A stretch of 63,339 nucleotides of DNA, the filler included, from Chiloscyllium plagiosum (Eukaryota), in the NCBI RefSeq assembly GCF_004010195.1. It is 6 parts of one record of this genome, joined end to end, with 100 filler letters (N's around TTAATTAATTAA, not from the genome) between each part and the next. Parts side by side here need not be neighbours in the genome. Positions count along the whole stretch, not along the records: positions 1 to 26,190 come from NC_057714.1; positions 26,291 to 33,673 come from NC_057714.1; positions 33,774 to 39,997 come from NC_057714.1; 3 more parts are not named here. The stretch is one strand, 5' to 3'. The notes below the pieces were generated by a model. That model did not search any database and had not been told where the DNA came from. It was given only the letters and a program-made list of their open reading frames with translations. Numbering within the stretch: the stretch's first letter is position 1; each line of letters begins with the position of its first letter. The position numbers were made by a program, and so were the translations under genes. Positions 25,401 to 37,519 of the stretch are shown in pieces.

Positions 25401-25955
25401 GGTAAATTTGGGATGGACAAAGCTTTATAACGCAGCGGTATTAAGGGTTATGGGTCAAAGGCAGGTGTGTGGAGTTAGGCCGCAGATCAGCCCTGATCTC
25501 ATTGAATGGTGGAACAGGCTCGAGGGGCCAAATGGCCTCTGCCTGTTTCTTAGTCCCTTGTCTTCCCCCTCAGGGTGAACAGTGTGAAGGCCAAGACAAA
25601 CATGGGAAATACTGTCAACCTCTCGCCAGGTTCCCACACAGCGAACCCCTCACCCCCCCCCCCCCCCACCGCCATGCCCACAAGACCACCACCCCACAGC
25701 CACACTCAACCCTACCCCTCAATCCCCACTTCCTCCTTCCCTGAAGACACTCCCTCACACACTCCCTCAGACCCTTCTCCCTTCCCTCTTGGTGCAGGTG
25801 CACTGCCTATTGTTTGACTCGGGAAGGCTCCTGGATAGAGTTCCGGAATGTTCTCAGGGTTGCAGCAGGGAGTCAATGGCCTCAGGAGGTGAGAAAGACC
25901 GCACTGGAAAGCCAATGAAAAAAGAGATGAGACTAACACTAGTCTTAGCTCGACC

Positions 25956-26082
25956 TCACCCTGAGCCTTGAGGTGAATTCCAGCGGCTCGGAATTCCGGA
26001 GGGAAGGGCTTTCTCCAGTCTTCAACACTCAACCTGTTCCCTTTCAGACCCTTGCATGGTAATGGTGGTGCATCCATTTATA
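25956..26082 (-). other. Conserved duplicated element, copy 2
   Basis: Paralogue of 19064-19190 with TATAAATG (26082-26075) at identical spacing and a donor-like CAGG|GTGAGG end. Confidence 0.6.
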
Positions 26083-26084
26083 TA

Positions 26085-26190
26085 TCTGTGTTTATGTGTG
26101 TGTGTGTGTATGTGTGTGTCTGTGTGTGTATCTGTATGTGCATGTGTCTGTGAGTGAGCGTGTGTGTGTGTCTCTGTGTCTCTGTGAGTG
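26085..26190. repeat. (GT)n-rich microsatellite at scaffold end
   Basis: Direct reading. Confidence 0.9.
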
Positions 26191-26290
26191 NNNNNNNNNN
26201 NNNNNNNNNNNNNNNNNNNNNNNNNNNNNNNNNNTTAATTAATTAANNNNNNNNNNNNNNNNNNNNNNNNNNNNNNNNNNNNNNNNNNNN
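26191..26290. other. Artificial scaffold linker N44-TTAATTAATTAA-N44 (also 33674-33773, 39998-40097, 47208-47307, 57716-57815)
   Basis: Five identical 100-bp spacers containing a six-frame stop cassette. Confidence 0.97.
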
Positions 26291-27444
26291 CGTCGACTCT
26301 CCTGCTCCTCGGATGCTGCCTGACCTGCTGCGCTTTTCCAGCAACACTGGTCTCAACTCTGGTCTCCAGCATCTGCAGTCCTCACTCTTTCCCCACTTAC
26401 CCTGACCCAGGGCACGGAATGGGAGCAAAGGATGGAAGGCAGCCTCTAATTGGATGGAAGGATGGAAGGCAATGCTGCCTGACCTGCTGGTGCTTTTCCA
26501 GCAACACACTCTCAACTCTGGTCTCCAGCATCTGCAGTCCTCACTCTTTCCCCACTTACCCCGACCCAGGGCAAGGAATGGGAGCAAAGGATGGAAGGCA
26601 GCCTCTAATTGGATGGAAGGATGGAAGGCAGCCTCTAATTGGCTCAAATGGGCTGCAGGTGGCGGGCAGTCCAACTTTACTGCCATTGGCAGGGTGCAGG
26701 GGTGGGGTGGGAAGGGCAGGCAGCAACAGTTAGTGCACACCTCCTGCAACAATTTGCCAGCCTTCTGGGCCTCCCATTACCTTGCCAACTGCATGTGAAG
26801 ATCCCAACCTGCCTCTTGATGCCACACTCTCAATCTGATTGGGCGAGAGAGAGAGAGAGAGAGAGAGATTGGCTCCATCAAAAGATCCAGACAACAGAGA
26901 AGCAAGGAGGTTCTCCTGAACTTATACTGGCTAGGCCCCAGTGGGAGCACCGTGCCCACTTCCAGGCCTCAGGCTCTTGGAGGGAGGAGCCAGCCTCAGG
27001 AAGGATTCCTGGGAATGGCTGCTGGGGAATTGAGGGCTGGCAAGAAGCTGGGAAGGAGCCCTGAGTGTTCACCTCAGGGTCTGAGGCGTCCAGGCACAGG
27101 AGAGGGGGGAGAAACCGGGCCCCACTGGTCTGAAGGCGAAGAGGGGGGCCACTGTCCTGAGAACCGAGGCGACGAGATGGGAACGGAGGCCTAAAGAAGG
27201 AGCAATGGCCTTTGAAGGCAGTGAGCTGGGGAGACAGGAGGCATGGTCACCGTGACTCTCAGTGGAGCAAAGACAGGCTGAGGGCCTACACGAAAGATGG
27301 CAACACCACAGAACTCACCATCATCACAGGGAGACAGTCGATGGGCTGAATGGACATCCTTCAGTGTTTTGAAGCCATCTTAAAGAATAGGAAAGGAATG
27401 GAGGGGTACGGGTCCTTCAAGGGTAGGCTGTTTTACTACAAATC

Positions 27445-27757
27445 ATAGAATGGAATCCCTACAGCGTGGAAACAGGCCCTTCGGTCCAACAAATCCACAC
27501 CACCCCTCCAAAGAGGAACCTACCCAGATCCATCCCCCCTGACTAATGCACCCAACATTGTGGACAATTCCCCATGGCCAATTCACCTGACCTGCACATC
27601 TTCAGGTTGTGAGAGGAAACCGGAGCACCTGGAGGAAACCCACGCGGAGACGGGGAGAATGTGCAAACTCCACACAGACAGCCACCCGAGGCTGGAATCG
27701 AACCCGGGTCCCTGGCGCCGTGAGGCAGCAGTGCTAACCACTGAGCCACCGTGCCGC
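27445..27757 (-). mobile_element. HE1/V-SINE-like SINE
   Basis: Intact tRNA head and core. Confidence 0.85.
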
Positions 27758-29369
27758 CAAAATGTGCTGGCGCAGGCTCGGTAGGCCGAAGGGCCTGGTT
27801 CCTCTGCTGTAATGTTCACTGTTCATTTTGCCAACTCACTACAACTGTTGGCCGTCCCTCCCAGTAGTTCGAAGATCATGAACTGGTGGCTGGGGACTCG
27901 GTCGACGGGAGGCCTCCGGCCCCCTACAATAACGCGCAGGCCTCACCCCCACCAGGAATATTTCCCACATCGACTAGAAGGTGTCGCCGCAGGACGCTCA
28001 GTTCGATGACTTGCTCCTGCCTCACTGGGTAGCGCCAACACCTCAGGCAGTGGGGATCACTCCCCAGAAGGACGTGTGTACCAGATTCTCGGCTCCTCAG
28101 CACACGCCAACCCCCTCGCCCCCACCCCCAGGAATCTTCGACTCCCGCGTCAACCACCAATCAGATTTGAATAAACCCAAGGACCCAGCCTCCACTTTGG
28201 CGGAAGATTCCAGAAACAATTCACCCGGCGAGGGAGGGGAAAAATTATCATCTTAAACGGACGACCCTTACCCCACCAGTCCTCGAGAGAGGAGGCTGTC
28301 CATCGTCTGGCTCAGGAGGATCCCACCGCTCTGTGCAATCAGGGCCTGAGTGCTGGCATGGCATTCGACCGCAAGAGGCATTGCGACCGCACGCTCAGCC
28401 TGGTGCCCAGCACCCTCCTGTCTGCCCTGATCTCGGACGACTGCTGCCTTGGATTGTGATGGCGAGAGACGGAGGTCCTTCGGCCCAACCTTCCCCCTGC
28501 TAGCACCGGGTAGCGCTGCTTAATGGAGCACCGGTGAGTCCACACCCTGGGGTGAGCTAATCATGGTGGGGTGTGAGGGGTGGGGTGGGTGGGGTGGGGG
28601 GGAGGGGGGGGGGGTGGCTGGGGTGTGGGTGGGATTTATAACCGAACAGCTCTCTGATTGTATGCTGGGTGACCTTTGGCAGTCAAAGAGAGTCCCCCCG
28701 ACCCTCACCCCACCTGGCCAACCCACGAGATGGCAAAGTCAACAACAACAGCCTGCTGAATTTACCTAACACCTCTAATGTAATATACACCACCCCAAGG
28801 TGTTTCACAGGAGCTGTCTAAGGCCCAACCCATCTGCAGGGAGAGACACTCCTGGTACAGGAGAGGCTGTTCATCCCATCGTGTTGATGCTGCCCAACGC
28901 GGAGCTCTCCCGGTCAGTCCCAAAACTTCAGCCACGGTTTGGTTTCCATTCGGGGAAGTGAAATCACGCGCACACCACTGGGCACAATACAAATCGCTGC
29001 TGCTTCTCTCCTCAAATTACTACCCATCACCGGTGAAAATAAACATTCCTTCACACTGCCGGGGTGAGGGGTCATCCTGCATTATTCCCCCAGTCACCCC
29101 CCGGGGCACTGACCTTCGCAAATGCTTGCTCATCTCTCCCCCTTCCCCCCCCGCCCCCATCCTGAGCAAGCAGGGGAGCTGCGGATAACAGCTCCTTCAC
29201 TATCCCTCCGTGCCTCCTGCTCCGGCTCCCTCAATCTCTGCTCACCTTCCCCCCACACCACCCCACCCTCCCGCTCACCACCAGGCACTGGGACCAGGGT
29301 CGATCGGATGCTCTCTGACCCGCTGTATTTTTCCAGCCTGACTACTGACAGCTGCTGGGAATGGTCATT

Positions 29370-29656
29370 GAATCATAGAGATGTACAGCATGGAAACAGA
29401 CCCTTCGGTCCAACCCGTCCATGCCGACCAGATATCCCAACCCAATCTAGTCCCACCTGCCAGCACCCGGCCCATATCCCTCCAAACCCTTCCTATTCAT
29501 ATACCCATCCAAATGCCTCTTAAATGTTGCAATTGTACCAGCCTCCACCACATCCTCTGGCAGCTCATTCCATATACGTACCACCCTCTGCGTGAAAACG
29601 TTGCCCCTTGGGTTTGTTTTATATTTTTCCCCCCTCACCCTAAACCTATGCCCTCT
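29370..29656 (-). mobile_element. Young CR1 3' end running into the gap 29657-30351
   Basis: TQRVVRIWNELPEDVVEAGTIATFKRHLDGYM. Confidence 0.85.
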
Positions 29657-31300
29657 NNNNNNNNNNNNNNNNNNNNNNNNNNNNNNNNNNNNNNNNNNNN
29701 NNNNNNNNNNNNNNNNNNNNNNNNNNNNNNNNNNNNNNNNNNNNNNNNNNNNNNNNNNNNNNNNNNNNNNNNNNNNNNNNNNNNNNNNNNNNNNNNNNNN
29801 NNNNNNNNNNNNNNNNNNNNNNNNNNNNNNNNNNNNNNNNNNNNNNNNNNNNNNNNNNNNNNNNNNNNNNNNNNNNNNNNNNNNNNNNNNNNNNNNNNNN
29901 NNNNNNNNNNNNNNNNNNNNNNNNNNNNNNNNNNNNNNNNNNNNNNNNNNNNNNNNNNNNNNNNNNNNNNNNNNNNNNNNNNNNNNNNNNNNNNNNNNNN
30001 NNNNNNNNNNNNNNNNNNNNNNNNNNNNNNNNNNNNNNNNNNNNNNNNNNNNNNNNNNNNNNNNNNNNNNNNNNNNNNNNNNNNNNNNNNNNNNNNNNNN
30101 NNNNNNNNNNNNNNNNNNNNNNNNNNNNNNNNNNNNNNNNNNNNNNNNNNNNNNNNNNNNNNNNNNNNNNNNNNNNNNNNNNNNNNNNNNNNNNNNNNNN
30201 NNNNNNNNNNNNNNNNNNNNNNNNNNNNNNNNNNNNNNNNNNNNNNNNNNNNNNNNNNNNNNNNNNNNNNNNNNNNNNNNNNNNNNNNNNNNNNNNNNNN
30301 NNNNNNNNNNNNNNNNNNNNNNNNNNNNNNNNNNNNNNNNNNNNNNNNNNNGAGTGATCTTGTCTTTAGGACTGGAATAGGTTACGTAGATACGGAAACA
30401 TTGAAGACAATGTATACTATTTTCTTTTTCTTGAACAGAGCGTCAATATCCCTCATGAGCCAGGGATCGCTAAACCTGCCAGCTATTCCCTTCACTCTAA
30501 CAGGGACACATTGGCCCTGGATTCTTGAGATCACACTTTTAAAAGCCTCCCATTTGTCCGTTATTCCATTCCTTCAAACAGCCTCACCCAGTTGATGGGA
30601 GCATGATGTGGATTGGTGTGGGCGGGGGGGGGTGGGGGGGGGGGGGCGCGGGGGGTGCGATGGGGTAAGTCTCACACTATCTGACCCCTGCCCAGGGACG
30701 TGGGGTTGGATTCTGGGGGCTGGGACAGCCAGTGATGCAGTGGTTTAAAGTCAGCAGAGGGGGGGGCGAACAATCAGGGTCTGAGGACGTGGGCTCAGCA
30801 GACCCTGGCGATGGGCCGAACGGTCTCCCGCTGTGGACTGGGACTGGTCCCCCTCACTGCTATCCGAAAGCAGAGCATTCCCGCGAAACCTTCCGTCAGC
30901 CGAAACGGCGTGAAGCAACAAAATGTCGATTGACACGGGGAAAAATCTCGCCTTTCTTCGCAAAACGCGAGAATCTCTTCGGATTTCTCTCGGCTAGCGC
31001 GAGCAGGTACTGGCAGTCCCGAGGCAGCATAAAGCGATACCTGCACCGGGAGAGACGCCATAGACTCAGACTTCACATCACGCCCACGGTCAATGTAGCA
31101 CGTGGTTAAGCAGAGACAGCGTTCCGAGGCCGAAACTGTGCAACTTTGGAAACTGTCAGACTAACCCCTACGTGAGTAAGCAAGTGAGGAGCTGGGATAA
31201 CTCGGCTCCGTCTAGAGACAGCCAGTGAAGGTCTGCTTACATGTACAACAGCAGGTACCTGGTGAGAGGACAGATCCAGGGTCAAATGTGTCACACTTAC

Positions 31301-31392
31301 AAGTAAATGCTGGACTCGTTCCCTCCGATGTCTGGGGATTGCAGCTTCTGCACGAGAATAAATATGATTCCAATGAACAGCACAAAATTTAC
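31301..31392 (-). CDS. ADCYAP1R1: PAC1 receptor exon, TM5 to ICL3, 92 bp, phase 0/2
   Basis: Translates [30 protein letters not shown](L). The [16 protein letters not shown] motif points to PAC1 rather than VIPR1/VIPR2. Acceptor (ct)n-ccag, donor TT|gtaagt. In frame with the 32537-32606 exon across a 1144-bp intron. Confidence 0.96.
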
Positions 31393-31429
31393 CTGGAGAG
31401 AGAGAGAGAGAGAAAACGGAGAATCATAA

Positions 31430-31917
31430 GAGTCCCAAAAGTATGGAGACAGGCCCATCACACTGACCCTTCAAAGGGTATCCCACCCAGACCCATTCCC
31501 CAATTACACTCCATTTACCCCTGACTAATGTATCTAACCTGGTTAAAAATGACACCACACCAGGTTATAGTCCAACAGGTTTAATTGATGAAGGAGAAGC
31601 GCTCCGAAAGCTAGTGCTTTCAATTAACCTGTTGGACCTTAACCTGGTGTTGTGTGATTTTTAACTTTGTACACCCCAGTCCAACACTGGCACATCCAAA
31701 TCATCCCTGAACACTATTAGAGAATTTAACATGGCCAATTCACCTGACCTGCACATCTTTGGACTGTGGGAGGAAACCGGAGCACCCGGAGGAAACCCAC
31801 GCAGACACGGGGAGAATGTGCAAAACTACACACAGACTGTCGCCTGAGGCTGGAATCGAACCTGGGACCCTGGCGCTGTGAGGCAGCAGTGCTAACCACT
31901 GAGCCACCGTGCTGCCC
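31430..31917 (-). mobile_element. HE1-like SINE in the ADCYAP1R1 intron, with a nested palindromic PLE element (~31541-31704)
   Basis: SINE head at ~31850-31915; hammerhead-like core at 31586-31613 (+). Confidence 0.8.
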
Positions 31918-32536
31918 CCAAGGGAGGGAGAGAGGGAGTCAGTTCACAGACTGACTACAGAGGTCTGTGACCCAGAATCCGGCCTCTGACCTCCCCACCC
32001 CCCAGTGACCTTTCACCTGCACGCTGACGGATAGGAGAACGAGGGACAGACAGAGTCGAGGGGCCGAACAGCCACTCCTGCCTTCTCCCACTCATACGAC
32101 CGGACGTTTTGACTTATACATACAAAAAAATGTGTGGGCTTCATTTATGGCCCGTCCCAGAGGGCAGTTAAGAGTCAGCCCCCCTGCCGTGGGTCTGGAG
32201 TCACATGTAGGCCAGACCAGGTAAGGATGGCAGATTCCTTCCCTGAAGTGAACCAGCTGGGTTTTTCCAACAACTCGAATTTTGTTCCGATTTCATTCGC
32301 GGTCACCATTAGATTCTTATTGAATTCAAATACCACCACCTGCCGTGTCAGGATTTGAATTCTGGTCCCCAGAACATTAGCCAAGTTTCACCAGACCAAT
32401 CGTTTGGTGATATCCCACCAGGTCATTGCCCCAGGGCTTTCTCTCACTGCATGCTGGGAATGATGACCAGAGCAAGACCCTTTCCTGGGAGAGTCCTGAC
32501 CCTCAGTAACAATGGAAACCAGCAGCATCTTCTTAC

Positions 32537-32606
32537 CATGATGGAGGCGATGACTGGGCCTTTAATCACCCACCACAGGGCTCGGTGTTCATTTGTTTCC
32601 CAGCAG
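32537..32606 (-). CDS. ADCYAP1R1: PAC1 (PACAP type I) receptor exon, ECL2 to start of TM5, 70 bp, phase 2/0
   Basis: Translates [23 protein letters not shown] (mammalian PAC1 recalled as [23 protein letters not shown]). Acceptor tctctgtctgcag, donor ATG|gtaaga. Confidence 0.95.
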
Positions 32607-34476
32607 CTGCAGACAGAGAGAGAGTGGGGAAAGGAACATGTTACGCAGAGCGGGTGTGCCCCTGAGCTTTTCAATCGTCCCCACACCCTCCTCCAAACCC
32701 AGCCATCGAATTATCACAGAGAACTGAGGCCATTCAGCCCATCACTGGCCCAAGCGAGCATCTCACACCACGCTACAGCATCCAGAGTATCGGGGGTTGC
32801 GGGTGGAAGTGTGGGAGAATGGGGTTGAGAAACCTTCCTACCAACCAGGATTGAATGGCAGAGCAGACTCGATGGGCCGAATGGCCTCATTTCGGCTCCT
32901 GTGTTCATTCTCCCCCATCACCCCGTACATCTGATAATGAAACCACTCGCTTTTACAAACAGGAACAGGAGTAGGCCATTCGGCCCTTCGATCCTGCCCC
33001 ACCATTCCATTTATGATCATGGCGGACTATCCAACTCAATTCCCTGTCCCTGCTTTCTTCCCTTTGATCCCTTTAGCCCAAGGGACTATATCCACCCCTT
33101 TCCTGAAAATATCCAAGGTTTTGGAGAGAATCTGTGGCAGAGAATCCCGCGGTCTCCCCACTCTCTGGGTGAAGACATCTCGGTCTGAGATGGCCTTAGC
33201 CCGTATCCTTAAACTGTGTGATCCCTGGTTCAGGACCCGCCTGTCATTGGGAACGTCTCTGAATAGATCTTTTCCCCAGGGTGGGGGTGTCCAGGACTAG
33301 AGGGCATAGGGTGAGAGGGGGAAAGATATGAAAGGGACCTGAGGGGCAACGTTTTCACACAGAGGATGGTACGTGTGTGGAATGAGCTGCCAGAGGAACT
33401 GGTGGAGGCTGGTACAATTGCAACATTTAAAACCAACCCCAGTGTGTCTCGACAGGTCGACCCCTCAGCACTCAGCGAGTGAACCCTCCCCTCCCCCCCC
33501 CCCCCAATCTGGGACAGTGCAGCACAACCCCTCTTTCAGCTGATTGATTTTCAATCTCTGTCCCCAACAGCGCCCCACAGTACACCCCCCACCCCTTCAG
33601 TTCGTTCTGAATCCTCTCAACGACCCAACAATATCGGTGTCTGGATACCCCTCATAAACTGCACCCCCCCCCANNNNNNNNNNNNNNNNNNNNNNNNNNN
33701 NNNNNNNNNNNNNNNNNTTAATTAATTAANNNNNNNNNNNNNNNNNNNNNNNNNNNNNNNNNNNNNNNNNNNNCCCTTCATTCCCCTCCCTCCCTCCCCA
33801 TCCCTAGCCTCCACTCCTCCCTCCTTTTCCCCCTCTGCTCCCCTCTTCCCAGTTCCCCTCCCCACGCCCCCTTGCCCTCCCCTCTCCCCCCTCTAACCCC
33901 TCCTCCCCCTATCCTGCTCTGTGTGCTCCCACTGGGGTCAGCATTGGGGTCCTAGGACTCCAACCTCAGAGAGTCGGACAATCAGTTTGTGGGTGACCTG
34001 TGATGCGGTTGCCTGGTAACTAGTGAGGGGGATAGAAATGGGCCGGTCAGATGGACAGATCAGTACCAGACGGAATTCAGTCTGGATCAGTGGGAGGTGA
34101 TGCATCAACAGGGGGGTGGTTTCTTTCGGATGTCAGAATTAATAAAGGGAGCCATGTGTGGCGACTAAGAAACAGGCCGGGGTGGGGCGGGGGGCGGATT
34201 TCAATAGCGAGTAACTCCCCTCCTGACTCCCCAAAGCCTGTCCACCATCTACAAGGCCCAAGTCAGGAGGGTGATGGAATATTCCCCCCTTGCCCTGGAT
34301 GGGTGCAGCTCCAACAACACTCATCACACCTAACCCTGTAATGGGAACCCTCTGAAGAATGGTCACTGGACTCGAAATGTTAACTCTGATTTCTCTCCCA
34401 CAGATACTGCCAGATGTGCTGAGTTCTTCCAGTAATTTCTACACTTGTTTCGGGTCCAGCACTACACTGTCCCCCT

Positions 34477-34771
34477 GTGGTTAGCACTGCTACCTCACAG
34501 CACCTGGGTCCCCGGTTCAATTCCAGCCTTGGGCGACTGTCGGTGTGGAGTTTGTACGTTCGCCCTGTATCTCTGTGGGTACCCTCCGGGTGCTCCAGTT
34601 TCCCCCAACAGTCCAAAAGATGTGCAGGTTAGGTGAATTGGCTGTGCTAAGTTGCCCATAGTGTGAGGTACATTAGTCAGAGGGAAGTGGGTCTGGATGG
34701 GTTCTTCAGGAGGTCAGTGCGGACTGGTTAGGCCGAAGGGCCTGTTTCCACACTGTAGGGAATCTAATCTA
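34477..34771 (+). mobile_element. HE1-like SINE
   Basis: Head, core and (AATCT)n tail. Confidence 0.85.
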
Positions 34772-35211
34772 AACTGCATGTTGACTTAAGTTTGTCATTG
34801 TTATAATTTTAACTTTTAATAATAAAATGTTTCTTCTTAAAGACTCCTAGCATTAAAATAAAGGCCACCCATTCTTGCCTTAGACCCTTGAAACTCAGCA
34901 CGGTTGCCTAGGTTTCTTCACTGAGGTATGCTGTGTCACTGTTGCACTAACACTGTGTGTCCTCTCTCCCTGCTGTTAAATTCCTCCCAGCAGCACCAGC
35001 AAACTCCCCTCCATGGATGTTGATCCCATTCTGATTCAGGTGTAGGAGGACTCACTTGAGGAGGTCCCAATTCCCCCTGGAAACAGCCCCAGTAATCCAG
35101 GAATTGAAAAAAAAGACACATCCCCTCCTGCACCGATGCTTGAGCGACATCTCCATTAGCCCTGTATTTCTGTACTCCCAGAACACAAGGCCAGAATGGA
35201 TGAAAATTCAC

Positions 35212-36676
35212 AAGGCATAATTAGTAAGTTTGCAGATGACCTGAAAGTCGGCGATATTGTGGACAGTGAGGAAGGTTCTTAGAAATTGCAGCAGGACCTT
35301 GATCAGCCGGGGACGTGGGCCGAGAATTGGCAAATGGATTTTAATATTGATAAGTGTGAGGTCTTGCATTTTGGAAAGTCAAATGGGGTGGCACAGTGGC
35401 TCAGTGTTTAGCACTGCTGCCTTATAGTGCCAGGGAGTTTGGTTCAGTTCCAGCCTCGGGCAACTTTTTGTGTGGAGTTTGCACATTCTCCCTGCATCTG
35501 CCTGGGGTTTCTCTGGGTGCTCTGGTTTCCTCCCACAGTCCAAAAGTTGTGTAGGTCAGGTGAATTGGCCATGCTAAATTGCTTGTAGTGTTAAGTGCAT
35601 TAGTCAGAGGGAAATGGGTCTGGGTGGGTTACTCTTCAGAGGGTCGGTGTGGACTGGTTAGGCCGAAGGGCCTGTTTCCACACTGTAGGGAATCTAATCT
35701 AAAATCAAGGTAGGAGTTTCATGCTGAATTGTAGGGCCTTAAGGAGGGTAGTGGAACAGAGGGACCTTGGAGTTCAGGTGCACGATTCTCTGAGAGTGGA
35801 GTCCCAGGAGACAGGGCAGTGAAGAAGGCTTTTGGCAAACTGTACTTCATCAGTCAGGGCACAGAGTATAGAAGTTGGGAAGTTATTTTGCAGTTGTGCA
35901 GGACATAGGTGAGACTGCACTTGGAGTATTGTCAAGTTTAGAGTGGTGATGGGAAAGCACAGCAGGTCAGGCAGCATCCGAGGAGCAGATGTTTCGGACA
36001 AAAGTTTCCTGATGAAGGGCTTTTGCCCGAAACATTGATTTTCCTGCTCCTTGGATGCTGCCTGTGCTGTGCTTTCCCAGCACCACTCTAATCTTGACTC
36101 TAATCTCCAGCATCTGCAGTCCTCACTTTAGCCTACTTGGAGTATTGTGTTCAGTTTTGGTCACCTTGCTATTGGAAGGATGTTATTAAACAGGAAAGAG
36201 TGCAGAAGAAATGTATATGGACGTTGCCAAGACTCAGGGGCCTAAGCTATAGGGAGAGGTTAAACAAACAAGGACTTTTCTCTTTAGAGCATAGGAGACT
36301 GAGGGGGATCTTATAGAAGTGTATGATATCAAGAGAGGCATGGATAGGCTGGATGCACTCAGTCGTTTCCCCACGGTTGGGGAAGCGAAGACTAGAGGGC
36401 ATCAGTTTAAGGTTAGAGGGGAAAGAATATAAAGGAACCTGAGGGGTAACTTTTTTTACACAGAGGGTGGTACGCATATGGAATGAGCTGCCAGCGGAAG
36501 TGGTTGAGGAGGGTACACTAACAACATTTAAAAGGCATTTGGACAAATACTTGGACGGGAAAGGGTTAGAAGGATATGGGCTAAGTGTAGGGGAATGGGG
36601 TTAGCATGGATGGACATTTTGTCCAGTCTGGGCCAAAGGGCCTGTCTCCGTGCTGTAGGACTCTATGACTCTATGA
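35212..36676 (+). mobile_element. CR1 LINE 3' fragment interrupted by a SINE (35386-35701) and a PLE mini-element (35933-36134)
   Basis: ISKFADDLKV motif and (ACTCTATG)n tail. 14-bp TSD ACTTGGAGTATTGT at 35919-35932 and 36135-36148. Hammerhead at 36009-36036. Confidence 0.88.
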
Positions 36677-37519
36677 TCAACAGGGTTGGTGGAAAGGCAG
36701 AACATGGGAAATAAAGGAAGGTCGAGTTAAAATAATATCAGTGCGTGGGAGCAAGTGGAACACCACAGTAATGAAAGGTACAGAAAGCATCAACATATTT
36801 GGTGCGGCATGGTGGCTCAGTGGTTAGCACTGCTGCCTCACAGCACCAGGGACCCAGGTTCGATTCCAGCCTCGGGTGACTGTCTTGTGGAGTTTGCACA
36901 TTCTGTCTGGGTTTCCACCCACAGTCCAAACCTGAGCAGGTCCAGTGGATTGGCCATGGGAAATTGCCCATAGTGTCCAGGGATGTGTAAGTTAAGGTGC
37001 ATTGGGGATGGGTTTAGCTGGGATATTTTTCTGAAAGTCATTGTGGATTTGTTGGGCCAATTGGCTTGTTGCCACTCTGCGGGGATTCTGAATCTAATCA
37101 ACCATGAGCAGAGATGGAAGTAATTGCAACATTACACACTCACATAACCTGATCGGCTTATATTGTGCAACACAATATGATGAATACTTTTTTTTTCAAC
37201 CTTGAAACTCAGATGGAAATGGATACAGAGTTAGGACACTGTAAACACTGATAGCACAATAAATGTATATCATCACCTGTCAAAAACTGGAAACATCAGA
37301 CGAAATCAAATTCAAATCAATTAATTTGCCAAATGCACACCAGATTTGTATGACTCTATTTCTGACACTTTACAGAAATATAACGTTTTGTCCTGTGCCG
37401 TGTGGGGAAACAGATATAGAGCAGATGAAAGATAATAACACATCCAGCTACTGGGAGATACAAGGCTTTGTTCAGGAAATAGTGACTTTAGGAAATAAAA
37501 AGTATGATTTTATCTAATA

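Noticed and set aside
26235..26246. TTAATTAATTAA as a biological motif
   Set aside because: Always centred in exactly 44+44 Ns, so it is a synthetic linker.
28339..28545. Arg-rich minus-strand frame as another PAC1 cassette
   Set aside because: Weak acceptor and donor, and no similarity to hip or hop.
28766..28833. AG/GT-bounded 68-bp segment in the PAC1 intron
   Set aside because: Stop codon within five codons in the required phase, not frame-preserving, and no other support.
29381..30595. Long ORFs across N-runs (also 46499-47263 and 50676-51891)
   Set aside because: Artefacts of translating assembly gaps.
37371..37465. Possible plus-strand exon (NITFCPVPCGETDIEQMKDNNTSSYWEIQ)
   Set aside because: Acceptor-like site only, with no convincing donor, partner exon or recognisable homology.
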